Below are positions 10,800-19,921 of a DNA stretch of 64,000 nucleotides, in pieces. A program made the translations under genes and the position numbers. Every line of letters starts with the position of its first letter. The first letter of the stretch is position 1. This DNA is from Alphaproteobacteria bacterium (GTDB taxonomy: Bacteria > Pseudomonadota > Alphaproteobacteria > UBA828). The notes under the pieces are model-generated. The model was not told where the DNA came from, searched no databases, and was given only the letters and a program-made list of their open reading frames with translations. Location: assembly GCA_965214705.1 (NCBI GenBank), contig OZ243972.1:416001-480000 (forward strand), given 5' to 3'.

Positions 10800-11141
10800 C
10801 ATTTGCGCTCTCGCCACGGCGGCGTACGATCACGCCGTGGCATCGCCACGGTGGAGGCGGGGACAGCGGTCGGAAGGACACGCATCCGCCGAGCGGGTGC
10901 GGTTCGATTTGCCGCGCGTCCACGGCCAAAGGCCGGGTACAATACGGGGTGCGGAGCCGACCGCCGGAAGCAGTTTTGTCATCGGGAACTACGTCACCGA
11001 TATAACGACGCTCACACGTCCCCGCCTCCGCCAACACCCATCCTGACACGGCAGAACCAGTGCAGGCGTGAGAAAAACGTCAGCCCAAGCGCCCCTGTTT
11101 CATGCCACGGGGTGGCTCAGAACCGCGGGGACCATGACTGT
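10800..11141 (-). ncRNA. Candidate IS110 bridge RNA (long 5' non-coding end)
   Basis: About 350-nt hairpin-rich non-coding left end upstream of the recombinase. It contains target-like GACAAA (10975-10980) and donor-like CGGCAAA (10908-10914). Confidence 0.6.
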
Positions 11142-11911
11142 TTTGTCGAGAAGGTTCGGGACTTGACCGGTCTGTACCTGAACCCGCCGGACCACGCGCT
11201 GGTGCTGTGCGTCGATGAAAAGAGCCAGATCCAGGCCCTCGACCGCACCCAGCCCACGCTGCCCATGGGGCTGGGCTACGTCGAGGGCTACACCCATGAT
11301 TACGTCCGTCACGGAACCACGACGCTGTTCGCCGCGCTGGATGTGGCGACCGGCAAGGTGATCGGTAAACGCAGCAAACGCCACCGTCATCAGGAGTTCC
11401 TCGCCTTCCTGCGGATCATCGACCGGGAAACGCCGCCCGAACTCGACATCCACCTTGTCCTGGACAACTATGCCACCCACAAGCATCCCAAGGTCTGCGC
11501 TTGGCTGGCCAAGCGACCTCGCTACCATCTTCACTTCACGCCCACCTCCGCCTCCTGGCTCAACCAAGTGGAACGCTGGCTCGGCCTGATCGGCCAACGC
11601 GCCATCAAGCGCGGCTCGTTCCACAGCGTCCCCCAGTTGGTCGAGACCATCGAGACCTTCATCGCCAGCTACAACCAATCCGCAGCCCCTTTCGTGTGGG
11701 TCGCAACGGCCGAGTCGATCTTCGAGAAACTCCAACGCCTATCCACGCGTATTTGCGGGACAGCACACTAGCTGCACGTTCAGCCCCGCCGAGATCACGT
11801 GGTCGTTGATGGACACGTCCCGGCTCTCCGCGACCTCGCGGATCCGCTCCCACTCCGATTCCAGGCACGAGATCGCAATCCGCGCCCGGGGCGTCGCGGG
11901 CTGCTCCGCCA

Positions 11912-12232
11912 TCACGGGCCGCTCCGGCGCGACTGGATCGCGCGCTGCATGAAGGCGATCGCGCCGAACACGGAAAGGTCGGTGCCCGACAGCGACTCCC
12001 CCAGCGCGCGGCGCACCCGGTCCATCGCCTCCACCCGCTCGTACAGGGTCCGCTGCCGGTCTTCCGACAGCACCAGCCGCGGCTCGTCCCGGCGTGGCCC
12101 ACCCGCATCCTCGTGCAGCGCGCAGGCGACCAGGTATCCCGAGACCGGCATGCCGAGCGCGGTCGCGCGTTCCCTGATCTCGGCCCTCTCCGCCCGGCTG
12201 CAACGCAGCGTGCGGCGCACCACGTTCCCCAT
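11912..12232 (-). CDS. MobC-like ribbon-helix-helix protein
   Basis: RRTLRCSRAERAEIRERATALGMPVSGYLVACAL is a typical RHH/MobC signature. The stop overlaps the next gene's start. Confidence 0.75.
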   Translation of the reverse strand: MGNVVRRTLRCSRAERAEIRERATALGMPVSGYLVACALHEDAGGPRRDEPRLVLSEDRQRTLYERVEAMDRVRRALGESLSGTDLSVFGAIAFMQRAIQSRRSGP

Positions 12233-12273
12233 CGCTCAGGGCTGCGGCACGGGGCCGCCCTCGGGATCGGCGC

Positions 12274-12618
12274 TCACCGAGACCGCGCGCAGCGTTCGGC
12301 AGTACCTGGATCGGTCAGCCGGTCGAGCTCCGCCTCCCGGTCGAGCCACGCATCGACGGCATCGCCGAGCGCCTTCCAGTGCTCCTCCAGCCCCATGTCA
12401 GCCATGCGCCGTTCCTCGATCTCCGCGAGCAGCAGAAGCTCGCGCACCGCGCGGCGCAGAACGGTATCGGGCAGCGGGTCTGCCACGGTCGCCCTGTGCA
12501 CGATGTAGCGCGAGAGATCCATGCCTGCGTCGGCCGCGAGTTCGCGGATGCGTGCCCATTCGCTCGCGGTCGCCATCACCGCGTGCTGTGTGCGGCGCTC
12601 CGCCGGCCTGCGCCTCAT
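12274..12618 (-). CDS. Ribbon-helix-helix protein (C-terminus frameshifted relative to its copy)
   Basis: HAVMATASEWARIRELAADAGMDLSRYIVHRA. Paralog at 13708-14091. Confidence 0.65.
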   Translation of the reverse strand: MRRRPAERRTQHAVMATASEWARIRELAADAGMDLSRYIVHRATVADPLPDTVLRRAVRELLLLAEIEERRMADMGLEEHWKALGDAVDAWLDREAELDRLTDPGTAERCARSR

Positions 12619-13004
12619 GAGAGCGCCCCGGAGGCAGTGCGACAAGGCGTGACGCGCCTCGTCCGGCCCGCATTCCGGCCACAATCACCTATATTTCTCC
12701 ATATAATGTCGATGACACGCTGCCATCCCGATACGCCGCGAGCCGCCATCGCCTTGTCGCCTCTATACAAGCATGTTTCCACCGCAACTCCTTCGCAACG
12801 ACAGATCCGATCCATCAGACATACGGCTTTACTTCCCAGATTGCAACTGAGGCCCAGCGTCTCGAATTTTTATGTCAGACAAGAACCGCCACATTTTACT
12901 TGCGCCATCCCACAACCATCTGTAACATAACACATAACTGAGAGACAAAGCGACCCGCCCAAACGACTGAATCACTCCACCAAAATCAGTTAAGGACTCA
13001 CACC

Positions 13005-13320
13005 GAGCCGGCCGAGCTAGGTCGAGACGCGGCAAACAGGCGTCTTGGATGCGCGCCGCTGCCACCGGGCTCGGCACGGGCTCCTGTGTCTGAATAGCCC
13101 GGCCACGGCTTGGAGTTGTCCGCAACCAACAAGAACTTTGGCTGGACGCCGCTTCTCTGAGCGATGTGATCCAAGAGCCCACCTGAGTCGAAACGGTCGT
13201 AGTTGCCGCCGAATCCGTGATCCTGAATCACCGCGAGAAACGGCGGTGGAGTGCCATCGTCCTGGCAGTACAGTGCGTCGTAGCTCGCAATACCGTCACC
13301 GCCGATGAACAGGATCGCAA
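13005..13320 (-). pseudogene. Internal fragment of a hypothetical gene trapped between the inverted arms
   Basis: Open frame without a start: AILFIGGDGIASYDALYCQDDGTPPPFLAVIQDHGFGGNYDRFDSGGLLDHIAQRSG... Confidence 0.55.
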
Positions 13321-13707
13321 GGTGTGAGTCCTTAACTGATTTTGCTGGAGTGATTCAGTCGTTTGTGTGGGTCGCTTTGTCTCTCCGTTATGTGTTATGT
13401 AACAGATGGTTGTGGGATAGCGCAAGTAAAATGTGGCGGTTCTGGTCTGATATAAAAATTCGGGGCATTGGGGGCCCAGTTGCAATCTGGGAAGTGAAGC
13501 CGTATGTCTGATGGACCGGATCTGTCGTGGCGGAGGGAATGCGGTGAAAACATGTTTCGATCGAGTACATAAGGCGGTGGCAGGCTTCGACGTATTTGGA
13601 AGGCATTGTGTGATCTGTATTATATGGAAATATGCAGGTACTGAAAGCCGAAATAGGGGCTTGGCGAGGCGCGTCACCCCGTGTTGCACTGTCATCGGGG
13701 CACCCTC

Positions 13708-14091
13708 ATGAGCCAACGGCCGGCGGAGCGCCGCGCACAGCACGCGGTGATGGCGACGGCAAGCGAATGGGCGCGCATTCGCGAACTCGCTGCCGACGCG
13801 GGCATGGATCTCTCGCGCTACATCGTGCACAGGGCGACCGTGCCGGACCCGCTGCCGGATAGCGTTCCGCGCCGCGCGGTGCGCGAGCTTCTGCTGCTCG
13901 CGAAGATCGAGCAGCAGCGCATGGCCGACATGGGCCTGGAGGAGCGCTGGAAGGCGCTCGGCGATGCCGTCGATGCATGGCTCGACCGGGAGGCTGAGCT
14001 CGACCGGCTGACCGATCCGGGCGCCGCCGAACGCTGGCACGCGGTCTCGGTGAGCGCCGATCCCGAGGGCGGCCCCGCGCCGCAGCCCTGA
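13708..14091 (+). CDS. Ribbon-helix-helix protein (second copy)
   Basis: MSQRPAERRAQHAVMATASEWARIRELAADAGMDLSRYIVHRA... Confidence 0.65.
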   Translation: MSQRPAERRAQHAVMATASEWARIRELAADAGMDLSRYIVHRATVPDPLPDSVPRRAVRELLLLAKIEQQRMADMGLEERWKALGDAVDAWLDREAELDRLTDPGAAERWHAVSVSADPEGGPAPQP

Positions 14092-14264
14092 GCGATGGCG
14101 AGCGTGGTGCGCTGCAGCCGGGCGGAGAGGGCCGAGATCAGGGAACGCGCGAAGGCGCCCGGCATGCCGGTCTGGGGATACCTGGTCGCCTGCGCGCTGC
14201 ACGATGAGGTGGCCCCGGAAAATCGGACAGGTCGTTAAGGTGTATTCCACCGTCTGACGGAGGA

Positions 14265-14555
14265 ATGCAGATGAGCGGCAAGCGACGCAGGTTTTCGGGG
14301 GAGCAGAAGGCGAAGATCGCGCTTGATGCGCTACGGGGCGATCGGACGCTCCAAGAGATCGCCTCGCGTCACCAGGTGCATCCGAACCAGGTCGGCGCCT
14401 GGAAGCGCCAGGCGATCGAGGGACTGGCGGAGGTTTTCTCGAACGGAGGCGAGCGCCGGGCGCGGGATCATGAGAGCGAGGTCCGCGAACTCCATGCCAA
14501 GATTGGGGAGTTGATCGTAGAGCGGGATTTTTTGTCTCGCGGGTCCGGTCGATGA
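14265..14555 (+). CDS. IS3 OrfA (HTH)
   Basis: KRRRFSGEQKAKIALDAL..IASRHQVHPNQVGAWKRQ. Confidence 0.9.
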   Translation: MQMSGKRRRFSGEQKAKIALDALRGDRTLQEIASRHQVHPNQVGAWKRQAIEGLAEVFSNGGERRARDHESEVRELHAKIGELIVERDFLSRGSGR

Positions 14556-15036
14556 GCCGGGCCGAGCGTCGGGCGATGGTGGTGCGCGACCATCCGTCGT
14601 TGAGCCTGAGCCGGCAATGCCGGCTGCTGTCGATCGGGCGCTCGTCGCTCTATTACGAGCCGAAGGGGGAGAGCGCGGAGACGCTGGCGCTGATGCGTCG
14701 GATCGACGAGCTGTTTCTGAAGTATCCGTTCTACGGCGCCCGCCAGATGGTTCGGCATCTGCGCCGCGAGGGGGTGCGGATCGGGCGGCGCCGGGCCGCT
14801 CGGCTGATGCGCCTGCTGGATCTTGAGGCGGTCTATCGGGCGCCGCGCACCAGCGATCCGCACCCCGAGCACCGGGTGTGGCCCTATCTTCTCAAGGGCT
14901 TGCGGATCGAGCGGGCGAACCACGTCTGGTGCGCCGACATCACCTACATCCCGGTGCGCCGCGGCTTCCTCTACCTGGTGGCGATCATGGACTGGGCAAG
15001 CCGCCACGTCCTGGCCTGGCGGCTGTCGAACACGCT

Positions 15037-15926
15037 TGAGCGCACGCACAATGATCGATGATGTCGCTTTCAGATTATTTGATGGTCGTGCTGCGGTACT
15101 TGGCTGATCCGCGACTGCCGTGGGCGCCTGGGGCGGTTCAGCACGGCCGGAGCAGCATCTCGATCCAGGGCAGGACTGCGGCGCACGACCCCAGCGTTAC
15201 CCGTTACCGTTACCGTCGCTCCGTAGGGGTTGGAGGCGGTAACGGTTTTCGGTAACGGCCCCTCATCGCGTGCCGTTGGTGGTGGCGGCTTTGCGGAAAG
15301 TGCTACTTGGAAAGGAATGCTCGCTCGGTGTGTCGTTCCCGTTCCCGTTCCCTTCAACGCTTAAGCGTTTGCCCCGGGAACGGGCTCTGGAACATTTACT
15401 CAACTGGTTGGCATTGATGCTGTTGGCCCTGGTGGGGCTGCGGGCAGCTCTGGAGACCCGTATGGGGGTCTGCGCGGCTGAGCCTTTGGCGGCCGTCGGG
15501 AACGGCTGCGACCGCAGATTCGGCGCCGAAAGAGCGCATTTGCAGCCTCATGAGGGGAAGTGCGTTCACGGTAATTGCTGGGAATCGGGGCACAAAGAGG
15601 CGGGAACGAGAGGTTTTATTGTTCTACATCAGTCCACTACCGAAGAATTTCATGAATCTAAGCGTCACGATACGTGAGGGATTCCTCCCAGGAAATGCCT
15701 GTCCATCGACGACCGCGAACGCGACATCGCGTTCACAATCGGCTCCAGTTGCGGAGTCACGCACCTGCTTATGCAGAAAACCCCTTGTCGGGCTGCTCAC
15801 GCCGCTCAACAGCAGCTTTCAGTAGGGCCGCATATGCTCGCAGTGATTGAGGGAGATAAAACACTTTCCATCAAGTAATTTGAGCGGATTCGACCGAAAT
15901 TCCATCGATTATTGTGCGCCCTCTCA
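15037..15926. mobile_element. 890-bp non-autonomous element, copy 1
   Basis: 24-bp imperfect IR TGAGCGCACGCACAATGATCGATG / CATCGATTATTGTGCGCCCTCTCA. 6-bp TSD CACGCT. No transposase. Confidence 0.9.
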
Positions 15927-16061
15927 CACGCTGGATGCGGGCTTCTGTGTCGAGGCGCTCGAGGAGGCCCTGGAGCGCTATGGCTCGCCGGAGATCTTCA
16001 ACACCGATCAGGGCAGCCAGTTCACCGGCTTCGCCTTCACCGGGTGCCTGCAGGCGGCCGG

Positions 16062-16952
16062 TGAGCGCACGCACAATGATCGATGATGTCGCTTTTCAGA
16101 TTATTTGATGGTCGTGCTGCGGTACTTGGCTGATCCGCGACTGCCGTGGGCGCCTGGGGCGGTTCAGCACGGCCGGAGCAGCATCTCGATCCAGGGCAGG
16201 ACTGCGGCGCACGACCCCAGCGTTACCCGTTACCGTTACCGTCGCTCCGTAGGGGTTGGAGGCGGTAACGGTTTTCGGTAACGGCCCCTCATCGCGTGCC
16301 GTTGGTGGTGGCGGCTTTGCGGAAAGTGCTACTTGGAAAGGAATGCTCGCTCGGTGTGTCGTTCCCGTTCCCGTTCCCTTCAACGCTTAAGCGTTTGCCC
16401 CGGGAACGGGCTCTGGAACATTTACTCAACTGGTTGGCATTGATGCTGTTGGCCCTGGTGGGGCTGCGGGCAGCTCTGGAGACCCGTATGGGGGTCTGCG
16501 CGGCTGAGCCTTTGGCGGCCGTCGGGAACGGCTGCGACCGCAGATTCGGCGCCGAAAGAGCGCATTTGCAGCCTCATGAGGGGAAGTGCGTTCACGGTAA
16601 TTGCTGGGAATCGGGGCACAAAGAGGCGGGAACGAGAGGTTTTATTGTTCTACATCAGTCCACTACCGAAGAATTTCATGAATCTAAGCGTCACGATACG
16701 TGAGGGATTCCTCCCAGGAAATGCCTGTCCATCGACGACCGCGAACGCGACATCGCGTTCACAATCGGCTCCAGTTGCGGAGTCACGCACCTGCTTATGC
16801 AGAAAACCCCTTGTCGGGCTGCTCACGCCGCTCAACAGCAGCTTTCAGTAGGGCCGCATATGCTCGCAGTGATTGAGGGAGATAAAACACTTTCCATCAA
16901 GTAATTTGAGCGGATTCGACCGAAATTCCATCGATTATTGTGCGCCCTCTCA
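16062..16952. mobile_element. 890-bp non-autonomous element, copy 2
   Basis: Apparently identical to copy 1 except for one extra T. 5-bp TSD GCCGG. Confidence 0.9.
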
Positions 16953-17291
16953 GCCGGCATCCGCATCTCGATGGACGGCCGGGGCCGGTGCATGGACAAC
17001 ATCTTCATCGAGCGGCTGTGGCGCTCGCTCAAGTACGAGGCGGTCTACCTCCACGAGATCGCCGACGGCTTCACCGCCCGGCGCGTCATCGCCGAGTGGA
17101 TCGGCTTCTACAACACCGAGAGGCCTCACTCGGCGCTCGGCGGGCGGACGCCGGCCGAGGCCTACCGGGACGGTGCGCCTGTGGATATGATGGACAAGCC
17201 GCTACGCGCCTTGCCCACAGATCCACAGGCGCAACAGCAGCAACGGGAAGATCGATTCAAGGGGATTCTGGCGGCCTGAGGAACAACCGGA

Positions 17292-17458
17292 AAGGCTTAT
17301 CCCCTTACATCCGGCTTCTCCATATGTGGGGTGCCGGATCGCTGGGCACTTTACGGGCAACCCGTTGAGACACGGAAGGAACTGCGACCGTGTCGGATAC
17401 CGCCGCCGAGGTGATCGGTACAACATGTTGGGGAACCGGAGCCAGAGGGATAAGCCTT
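17292..17458. mobile_element. 167-bp MITE of IS1595 type
   Basis: IR AAGGCTTATCCC/GGGATAAGCCTT. 8-bp TSD CAACCGGA. Confidence 0.9.
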
Positions 17459-17597
17459 CAACCGGAATACACCTTAACACGCACCTGCGGTGCTAACTAT
17501 CTGAACAAGGGTTGTTTTTTCTCCCCCACATTGTTGCATCCGGACGGATCCGTCAACTCCCGGTTCCCTGGCTGCAACCGAAACTGGAAGAGGGGAG

Positions 17598-18722
17598 ATG
17601 CCTAGAACCCACCTTACCGACGCCCGCGTCCGCGCCTTCAAGCCCCGCAAGACCGCATACGACATTCGCGACGGCAAGCTAAGGGGGTTCGGCCTCCGGG
17701 TATTGCCCTCGGGCGCCAAGCGCTTCTTCGTCCACTGCCAGCATCGCGGCGAGCGCGTCTGGAAGATCATGGGCGACGACGCCACCATGGATGTCCGCGA
17801 GGCGCGATCGCGCGCCGTGACCGTCCTCGCCGCGGTCCGCCTGGGGGAGAACCCGCCACCCGATCCTGCCGAGACCCTCTTCGAGGCCGTCGCCGAAACC
17901 GTGTTCGAGCGCCGCAGCCGGGTCTGGAAGGCGGGAACGCTGGCGGTGAACCGGGCCTACCTGCGAAGCCAGATCCTGCCGCACTTCGCGGGACGGCAGA
18001 TCGCCGACATCGACAGCCGGGACGTCGCCAACTGGTTCGCCTCGCTGCGCGCCACCCCGGTCGCCGCAGACCGGTCGATGCCGGTGCTCTCCGTCATCAT
18101 GCGCGAGGCCGAGGCAATGGGCTTCCGTCCCGAAGGCTCGAACCCGTGCAAGGGCATCCGGCGCTGCCGCCGTGAGGGGCGGGAGCGCTTCCTCTCGGAC
18201 GATGAGATCCGCCGCTTGTCGGCGGCACTCACGGCCCATGAGGGGCTGCATCCGGAGCAGGTGGCGGTCGTGCGCCTCCTCCTGCTGACCGGATGCCGGA
18301 AGGGCGAAATCCTGACGCTGCGCTGGTCCGACTACCGAGAGGGGCGCCTGTTCCTCCGCGATTCGAAGACGGGCCCCCGAACCGTCTGGCTGTCCGAGCC
18401 GGCCAGGAACATTCTCGACGCCCTGGAGCGAAAGGGCCGCTGGGTGTTCCCCTCGTGCCGGACGGCAGGCCCGCAGGGCAACAACTGGCTGGACCGGTTC
18501 TGGTGGAAGCTCCGCGCCGAGGCGGAGCTGGACGACGTTCGTCTCCACGACCTCCGCCATACCCATGCCAGCATCGCCCTGCGCGAGGGAGAGACCGTGC
18601 TCGCGATCGGTCGGCTGCTCGGCCATGCCAACCCGGAGACGACCCTCAAGTACACGCACCTCAGCGACGTCATGACGATGGAAGGCGCCGAGACCGTCGG
18701 CGCCGTGCTGGAAGGAAACTGA
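17598..18722 (+). CDS. Tyrosine integrase with N-terminal arm-binding domain (tandem pair A, gene 1)
   Basis: RDGKLRGFGLRVLPSGAK; TGCRKGEI; LHDLRHTHAS; LLGHANPETTLKYTH. Confidence 0.92.
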   Translation: MPRTHLTDARVRAFKPRKTAYDIRDGKLRGFGLRVLPSGAKRFFVHCQHRGERVWKIMGDDATMDVREARSRAVTVLAAVRLGENPPPDPAETLFEAVAETVFERRSRVWKAGTLAVNRAYLRSQILPHFAGRQIADIDSRDVANWFASLRATPVAADRSMPVLSVIMREAEAMGFRPEGSNPCKGIRRCRREGRERFLSDDEIRRLSAALTAHEGLHPEQVAVVRLLLLTGCRKGEILTLRWSDYREGRLFLRDSKTGPRTVWLSEPARNILDALERKGRWVFPSCRTAGPQGNNWLDRFWWKLRAEAELDDVRLHDLRHTHASIALREGETVLAIGRLLGHANPETTLKYTHLSDVMTMEGAETVGAVLEGN

Positions 18723-18725
18723 TCG

Positions 18726-19895
18726 ATGGCCGGCAGGGAACGCATGCGGCTGACCGACGCAGCCGTCGAACGTCTCCGTCCGCGAGAACGGGAATTCACC
18801 GTCTGGGACGACCGTACCCGCGGCCTCGGGGTCCGGGTCCGGCCCGGCGGCGGGAAGAGCTATGTGTGGCTGCGGCGATCCGGCGGGCGCTCGAAACGCA
18901 TCTCGCTGGGCCCGGTGTCGCTCAGGACCGTCGCCGAGGCGCGCAGGGAATGCCTCGCGCGGCAGCTCGCCCCGGAGCCCGACAGGGAGAGCGTGCCCAA
19001 AGGCCGCGCCCCCTCGTTCCGGGAGTTCGTCGAGGGCGAGTGGAAGGACGCGCATTTCGCGCGCTACAAGCCCTCCACGAAAACGGGTGTCCGCTCGCTC
19101 CTCGCGAGCCAGCTGATGCCGGAGTTCGGCTCGATCCCGCTCGACCGCATTGCCCCCTCGCGGGTCAGGCGGTGGTTCGACGCGTTCAGCCGGACCGCCC
19201 CGGTCAACGCCAACCGCGGCCTCGACGTCCTCCGCCAGATCATGAACTTCGCCATCGACCGCGGTCACGCCGGCGCCAACCCGGCCGCAGGCATCGAACC
19301 CAATCGCCGGCCGAAGCTCACACGCTTCCTCTCCCGCGAGGAGATCGCCCGCCTCCACAGGGCGCTCGACGGGCAAGCCGGGCGGGGCAACCGCCAGCAG
19401 GCCGACCTGATCCGGCTCCTGCTGCTGACCGGGTGCCGCAGGGGCGAGATCGTGCGCCTGCGCTGGTCCGAGGTCCAGGGCGACATGCTCATGCTGGCCG
19501 ACAGCAAGACCGGGCCCCGGAAGGTCCCCCTCAACTCGCAGGCCCGGCGTATTCTCGAACGGCAACCTCGGGGAGAGAGTCCATTCGTGTTTCCGTCGGC
19601 GCGCGATCCGTCCCGGCCGCGCCACCAGGACTTCAAGCTCTGGTACCGGGTCCGCAAGGAAGCCGGCATCGAGGATGTGCGCCTCCACGACCTCCGTCAT
19701 ACCGTGGCTAGCCACGCAGTGATGAACGGTGTGCCGGTGCCAGTGGTTTCGCGGCTGCTCGGACACTCCAATGTGCGAATGACCTTGCGCTACGCTCACC
19801 TCGCAGATCGCGACATTGAGGCAGCAGCCGAGAGGATCGGCCAGGCAATCGTTAGGAGAATGGGACTGGACGCACAACTGCCCCCCTTGGGTTGA
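18726..19895 (+). CDS. Tyrosine integrase with arm-binding domain (tandem pair A, gene 2)
   Basis: WDDRTRGLGVRVRPGG; TGCRRGEI; LHDLRHTVAS; LLGHSNVRMTLRYAH. Confidence 0.92.
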   Translation: MAGRERMRLTDAAVERLRPREREFTVWDDRTRGLGVRVRPGGGKSYVWLRRSGGRSKRISLGPVSLRTVAEARRECLARQLAPEPDRESVPKGRAPSFREFVEGEWKDAHFARYKPSTKTGVRSLLASQLMPEFGSIPLDRIAPSRVRRWFDAFSRTAPVNANRGLDVLRQIMNFAIDRGHAGANPAAGIEPNRRPKLTRFLSREEIARLHRALDGQAGRGNRQQADLIRLLLLTGCRRGEIVRLRWSEVQGDMLMLADSKTGPRKVPLNSQARRILERQPRGESPFVFPSARDPSRPRHQDFKLWYRVRKEAGIEDVRLHDLRHTVASHAVMNGVPVPVVSRLLGHSNVRMTLRYAHLADRDIEAAAERIGQAIVRRMGLDAQLPPLG

Positions 19896-19921
19896 GCCCG
19901 GCAAACCGACCCCATCCGGGC

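Larger units (their letters stand above)
9372..11141 (-). mobile_element. IS110-family element
   Basis: Removing it restores the IS630 codons GATCCGTTC-TTTGTCGAG, with a TT core present at both junctions. No long target duplication. Confidence 0.85.
8850..11768 (+). mobile_element. IS630-family element #2 (interrupted by IS110)
   Basis: Ends GTGTCGTGTCCCACAGATACGCGT and ACGCGTATTTGCGGGACAGCACAC. TA/CTAG flanks, one shared with element #1. Confidence 0.9.
8911..11771 (+). pseudogene. IS630 transposase split at SSDPF|FVEK by IS110
   Basis: 8911-9371 plus 11144-11771 reconstitute a full IS630 transposase ([31 protein letters not shown]). Confidence 0.9.
4395..11912 (-). pseudogene. Ribbon-helix-helix (MobC-like) gene split by two tandem IS630 elements
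   Basis: The 5' part 11912-11768 (MAEQPATPRARIAISCLESEWERIREVAESRDVSINDHVISAGLNVQL) joins in frame at the CTAG target to 4697-4395 (DPAQANAPALALSEAEQRRLLDRVDRLAESM...). Confidence 0.8.
12110..14204. repeat. Large diverged inverted duplication (~12110-13004 vs 13321-14204) of RHH genes plus an AT-rich putative oriT region
   Basis: The arms face each other at GTTAAGGACTCACACC (ends 13004) and GGTGTGAGTCCTTAAC (starts 13321). The right arm is cut by IS3 at 14205. Confidence 0.85.
14552..17279 (+). pseudogene. IS3 OrfB (rve DDE) split twice by the 890-bp element
   Basis: WCADITY...WRLSNTL | DAGFCVEAL..FNTDQGSQFT..AAG | IRISMDGRGRCMDNIFIERLWRSLKYE rejoin in frame. Confidence 0.9.
14205..17478 (+). 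mobile_element. IS3-family element carrying three nested insertions; right end truncated
   Basis: Left end TGAGGTGGCCCCGGAAAATCGGACAG, orfA/orfB layout. Only the inner part (TACACCTTAAC) of the right end is visible. Confidence 0.85.

Noticed and set aside
9474-11771. 765-aa ORF as a novel fusion transposase
   Set aside because: It is the IS110 antisense frame running into the IS630 3' half.
15058-15825. ORFs inside the 890-bp element
   Set aside because: Atypical composition and no motifs; none could be supported as a gene.
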